Positions 30,686-33,890 of a DNA stretch of 33,890 nt are shown here, in pieces. The position numbers and the translations under genes were made by a program. The stretch covers positions 1 to 33,890 of the forward strand of contig DATKAL010000194.1 in NCBI GenBank assembly GCA_035498135.1. The letters are read 5' to 3'. Origin of the DNA: Anaeromyxobacter sp. Its GTDB lineage: Bacteria; Myxococcota; Myxococcia; Myxococcales; Anaeromyxobacteraceae. Below the pieces are notes generated by a model. The model was not told the origin of the DNA. It did not search any database and saw only the letters and a program-made list of their open reading frames with translations. Numbering within the stretch: position 1 is the stretch's first letter; each line of letters begins with the position of its first letter.

Positions 30686-31334
30686 CCGCGACGGCCAGGA
30701 TCTGCGACCGGATGGGGACCAGGGCGGTGCGGAGGGTGAACGGCCGTACCTCGACCGAGGCGAAGCCGGCCCCGCGCAGCAGTTCGGCGGTGTGGCGCTG
30801 GGTCTCGCACCCCCCGAAGAGCCAGCGCCACGGGCGTCGCGCCAGCCGCTGCACGCGGGCGAGGAGCGTCCCTTCGGCGGCGGCGACGTGCTCGATGCAC
30901 CAGAGCCGCCCGCCGGGCCTGAGCACGCGATGGATCTCGGCGAGGGCGCGCGCCGGGTCCGACACCGTGCAGAGCACGAGGCTGGAGATGACCGTCTCGA
31001 CGCTTCCGTCGGGGAGCGGGAGCCGCTCCGCGACCCCGGCCCGCACGTCGACGGTCACGCGGCTCCGGGCGGCCGCCGCGCGGAGGTGAGGGTGCAGGTG
31101 GAGATTCGGCTCGACCGCGATGACGTGCGTCCCGGGGTCGAGGTAGCGGAAGTTCGCGCCGGCGCCCGAGCCGATCTCGAGGATCGTGTGCGTCAGGCCG
31201 CCGAACCACTCGCGCTTCACGTCGCGATACTTGCGGTGGGCGTACCCGTCGAGTGCGCGAAGGAGCCACGCGTCGAGCCGCCCGCGGAGAGGGTGATCAG
31301 CCAGCTCCATCGTCGCCGGGCTTGCCAGGTCCAT
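30678..31334 (-). CDS. Class I SAM-dependent methyltransferase (METTL7/thiol-methyltransferase-like)
   Basis: GAGGAGG RBS; LEIGSGAGAN, AERLP, LVLCTV, RVLRPGG, EHV, GGC. Confidence 0.9.
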   Translation of the reverse strand: MDLASPATMELADHPLRGRLDAWLLRALDGYAHRKYRDVKREWFGGLTHTILEIGSGAGANFRYLDPGTHVIAVEPNLHLHPHLRAAAARSRVTVDVRAGVAERLPLPDGSVETVISSLVLCTVSDPARALAEIHRVLRPGGRLWCIEHVAAAEGTLLARVQRLARRPWRWLFGGCETQRHTAELLRGAGFASVEVRPFTLRTALVPIRSQILAVAVR

Positions 31335-31492
31335 GCCGTCCTCCTCGGGTGCCGGGACCAGCGCGGTCCGGCCGAGGAGAACGTACGGAGGAGGGCGGCG
31401 CGGGTCCTGACCGAACCCTGATCTCTCCGATGGGCGGCGGCGCGCGCACCCATGAGGCGACCGGTAGACGCAACGGTCTCGCGGGTACCCGT

Positions 31493-31520
31493 GCGTCCGA
31501 TAATATGGATTATGGTAACT
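31493..31520 (+). other. dif: Chromosome dimer resolution site dif (XerC/XerD)
   Basis: GCGTCCGATAA-TATGGA-TTATGGTAACT has the 11-6-11 architecture with the ATAA/TTAT inner palindrome. The right arm matches the E. coli XerD arm TTATGTTAAAT at 9/11. It is an AT-rich island in an intergenic region. Confidence 0.88.
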
Positions 31521-31741
31521 AGGCGGGAGACAGGGAGGCCTGGCAGGCAGCTGCGTGGCGCCGGCGGATTCCGCCTGCCCCAGCCCGTTCCCGGGCTCGG
31601 CTCGAGGCTACCCCGCCCCTTCGAGGAACAAGCGCCCCTCGAAACTCGCGGCGCGCGGTACGCCGTTGGCCGGAGGCGCGCGGCCCGGTCCGTCCGGACG
31701 CGCTCACGCGCCGCTCACCCGCCCGCGCGCGAAGCCGAGCC

Positions 31742-32332
31742 TCACCGGTCGGGTCGCGGCCGAACACCCTCGGCCGGCTGCGCCTCCGCCGGTGCGGAGG
31801 TCGCGGCGGGCAGCGCCTGGGCCTGCTCCCTCGCGGCCTGCTCTGCGGCGTGGTGCTCGGCGTGCCCGCAGCAGCCCTGCTGCCGGGCCAGGACCCGGAC
31901 GATGCGCGGCGCGTGAGCCGCCTCGGCGACGGCGCAGGCGCACTGCTCGGCGCCGGTCGACGAGAGCCGCTCCTGGATCGCCTCCAGGGCGTCGAGCATC
32001 TCCTTCTTCATCCGCCGGAGCCGCTCGAGGCGGCGCTGCGCCTGCTCCAGGTGGCCGGCCAGCACCTGCTGGAAGCGGATGGCGAACTCGGCGGCGGTGT
32101 GGCACCCGGTCCGGAGCTCGAGGATCGACCGGATCTCCCCCAGGGCCAGGCCGAGCTCGCGCAGATCGGTGATGAGCTGGAGCCGGTCGAGGTCGTGCTC
32201 CGTGTAGCGGCGGTGGCCGCCCTCGCTCACGTCGGCGGGCTTGAGCAGCCCCTCCTCCTCGTAGAACCGGATGGTCCGGACGGTGTTCCCCGTCGCGCGG
32301 GCCAGGTCGCCGGAAGAGAGGTCTGCCGCCAT
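31742..32332 (-). CDS. MerR-family regulator with Cys/His-rich C-terminus
   Basis: GDLARATGNTVRTIRFYEEEGLL...GHRRY...LRELGLALGEIR; GCH, CAC and CCGHAEHH. Confidence 0.92.
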   Translation of the reverse strand: MAADLSSGDLARATGNTVRTIRFYEEEGLLKPADVSEGGHRRYTEHDLDRLQLITDLRELGLALGEIRSILELRTGCHTAAEFAIRFQQVLAGHLEQAQRRLERLRRMKKEMLDALEAIQERLSSTGAEQCACAVAEAAHAPRIVRVLARQQGCCGHAEHHAAEQAAREQAQALPAATSAPAEAQPAEGVRPRPDR

Positions 32333-32340
32333 GCGCTGCT

Positions 32341-32369
32341 CAGGTAACCGCGCGATCCCACGAAGTCAA
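32341..32369 (-). promoter_or_regulatory. Putative leaderless promoter of the MerR gene
   Basis: Minus strand: TTGACT-17 nt-TACCTG, then 8 nt to ATG with no SD sequence. Confidence 0.5.
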
Positions 32370-32494
32370 TGTCGGTGCCGGGCCCAGGCCCACCCCATCT
32401 TCGGGACGGAGATCGGCTTGACCGGGATCAGCCGTCCTCGTTAATGGTACCAGCGTACTCCACGTTCGTCGGACCGAGTGAGGAGCCACGTCGC

Positions 32495-33163
<669 letters not shown>

Positions 33164-33176
33164 GGCGTCCAGAGCG

Positions 33177-33890
33177 CTAGGCGTCCGGCTCCTTCAGGAT
33201 CTCCCGGGCGATGACCAGCCGCTGGATCTCGCTCGTCCCCTCGTAGATGGTCTGGACGCGGGCGTCGCGGAAGTAGCGCTCGACCGGGAACGCGTCGGTG
33301 TACCCGTAGCCGCCGTGGATCTGGACCGCGCGGCTCACGGCGCGCTGGGCGGCCTCCGAGCTCCAGAGCTTCGCCATCGCCGCCTCCCTCCCCATCGGCT
33401 GCCCCGCCTCCTTGAGCGCGGCGGCGCGGAGGGTGAGCAGCCGGGCGGTCTCGCCCTCGGTGGCCATGTCCGCGAGCATGAACCGGATCGCCTGGTGCTC
33501 GGCGAGCGGCACGCCGAAGGTGATCCGCTCCTTCGCGTACCGGACGCTGGCCTCGAGGGCGGCCCGGATGGTCCCGGTGGCCTGCGCCCCGATCCCGATC
33601 CGGCCTCCGTCCAGCGCCGCCAGGGCGATCCGGAGGCCGTCCCCCGGCGCGCCCAGCCGGGCCGAGTCCGGCACGGCGCAGCCCTCGAAGCCGAGGGCCA
33701 CGGTGGTGGAGGCCCGCAGCCCCATCTTCTGCTCGTGGCGGCCGACCGTCAGCCCGGCTGTCCCCCTCGGGACCAGGAACGCCGTCACCCCCCGGCTCCC
33801 CGCCGCCGGATCGGTGCGCGCCCAGACGATCAGCAGGCCGGCCACGTCCCCGCTCGAGATCCACTGCTTCTCGCCGTCGATCACCCAGTG
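33177..33890 (-). CDS. Acyl-CoA dehydrogenase (5' end outside the window)
   Basis: IDGEKQWIS, KMGLRAS, LDGGRIGI, QIHGGYGY, TIYEGTSEIQR; the frame is open to the right edge. Confidence 0.93.
   Translation of the reverse strand, partial: HWVIDGEKQWISSGDVAGLLIVWARTDPAAGSRGVTAFLVPRGTAGLTVGRHEQKMGLRASTTVALGFEGCAVPDSARLGAPGDGLRIALAALDGGRIGIGAQATGTIRAALEASVRYAKERITFGVPLAEHQAIRFMLADMATEGETARLLTLRAAALKEAGQPMGREAAMAKLWSSEAAQRAVSRAVQIHGGYGYTDAFPVERYFRDARVQTIYEGTSEIQRLVIAREILKEPDA

Noticed and set aside
27240-31741. Xer-exploiting mobile element or prophage at dif
   Set aside because: No second dif-like site, integrase, replication or phage genes; GC content looks similar to the flanks.
32333-32494. 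FMN riboswitch or canonical MerR operator before ribA
   Set aside because: No GGGCGGGGTGAAATTCCC-like core, insufficient space, and no clear dyad within a 19-bp spacer.

Overview
GC-rich bacterial chromosomal segment, most consistent with a myxobacterium such as Anaeromyxobacter (inferred from gene content, order and codon style). It is mostly core genes: hom, eno, thiC, a leucine-degradation-type cluster (HMG-CoA lyase, enoyl-CoA hydratase, carboxyltransferase, acyl-CoA dehydrogenase), meaB, rnc, two cyclophilins, era, der, yfgM/bamB-like genes and ribA. An accessory-looking block lies next to a probable chromosomal dif site at 31493-31520. Features that the ORF track misses or misleads on: (1) an exported rhodanese with an in-frame UGA followed by a SECIS-like hairpin, probably a selenoprotein with a CxxxxU loop; (2) the dif site; (3) a 59-aa small gene with its own promoter, long leader and terminator upstream of enolase; (4) a tandem HARE-HTH plus degenerate Mrr-like protein with a disordered acidic/poly-Arg tail; (5) a Nudix-YdeN hydrolase fusion; (6) several apparently leaderless genes. 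No tRNA, rRNA, CRISPR array, transposase or integrase was seen. All calls come from reading the sequence; no database searches were run.
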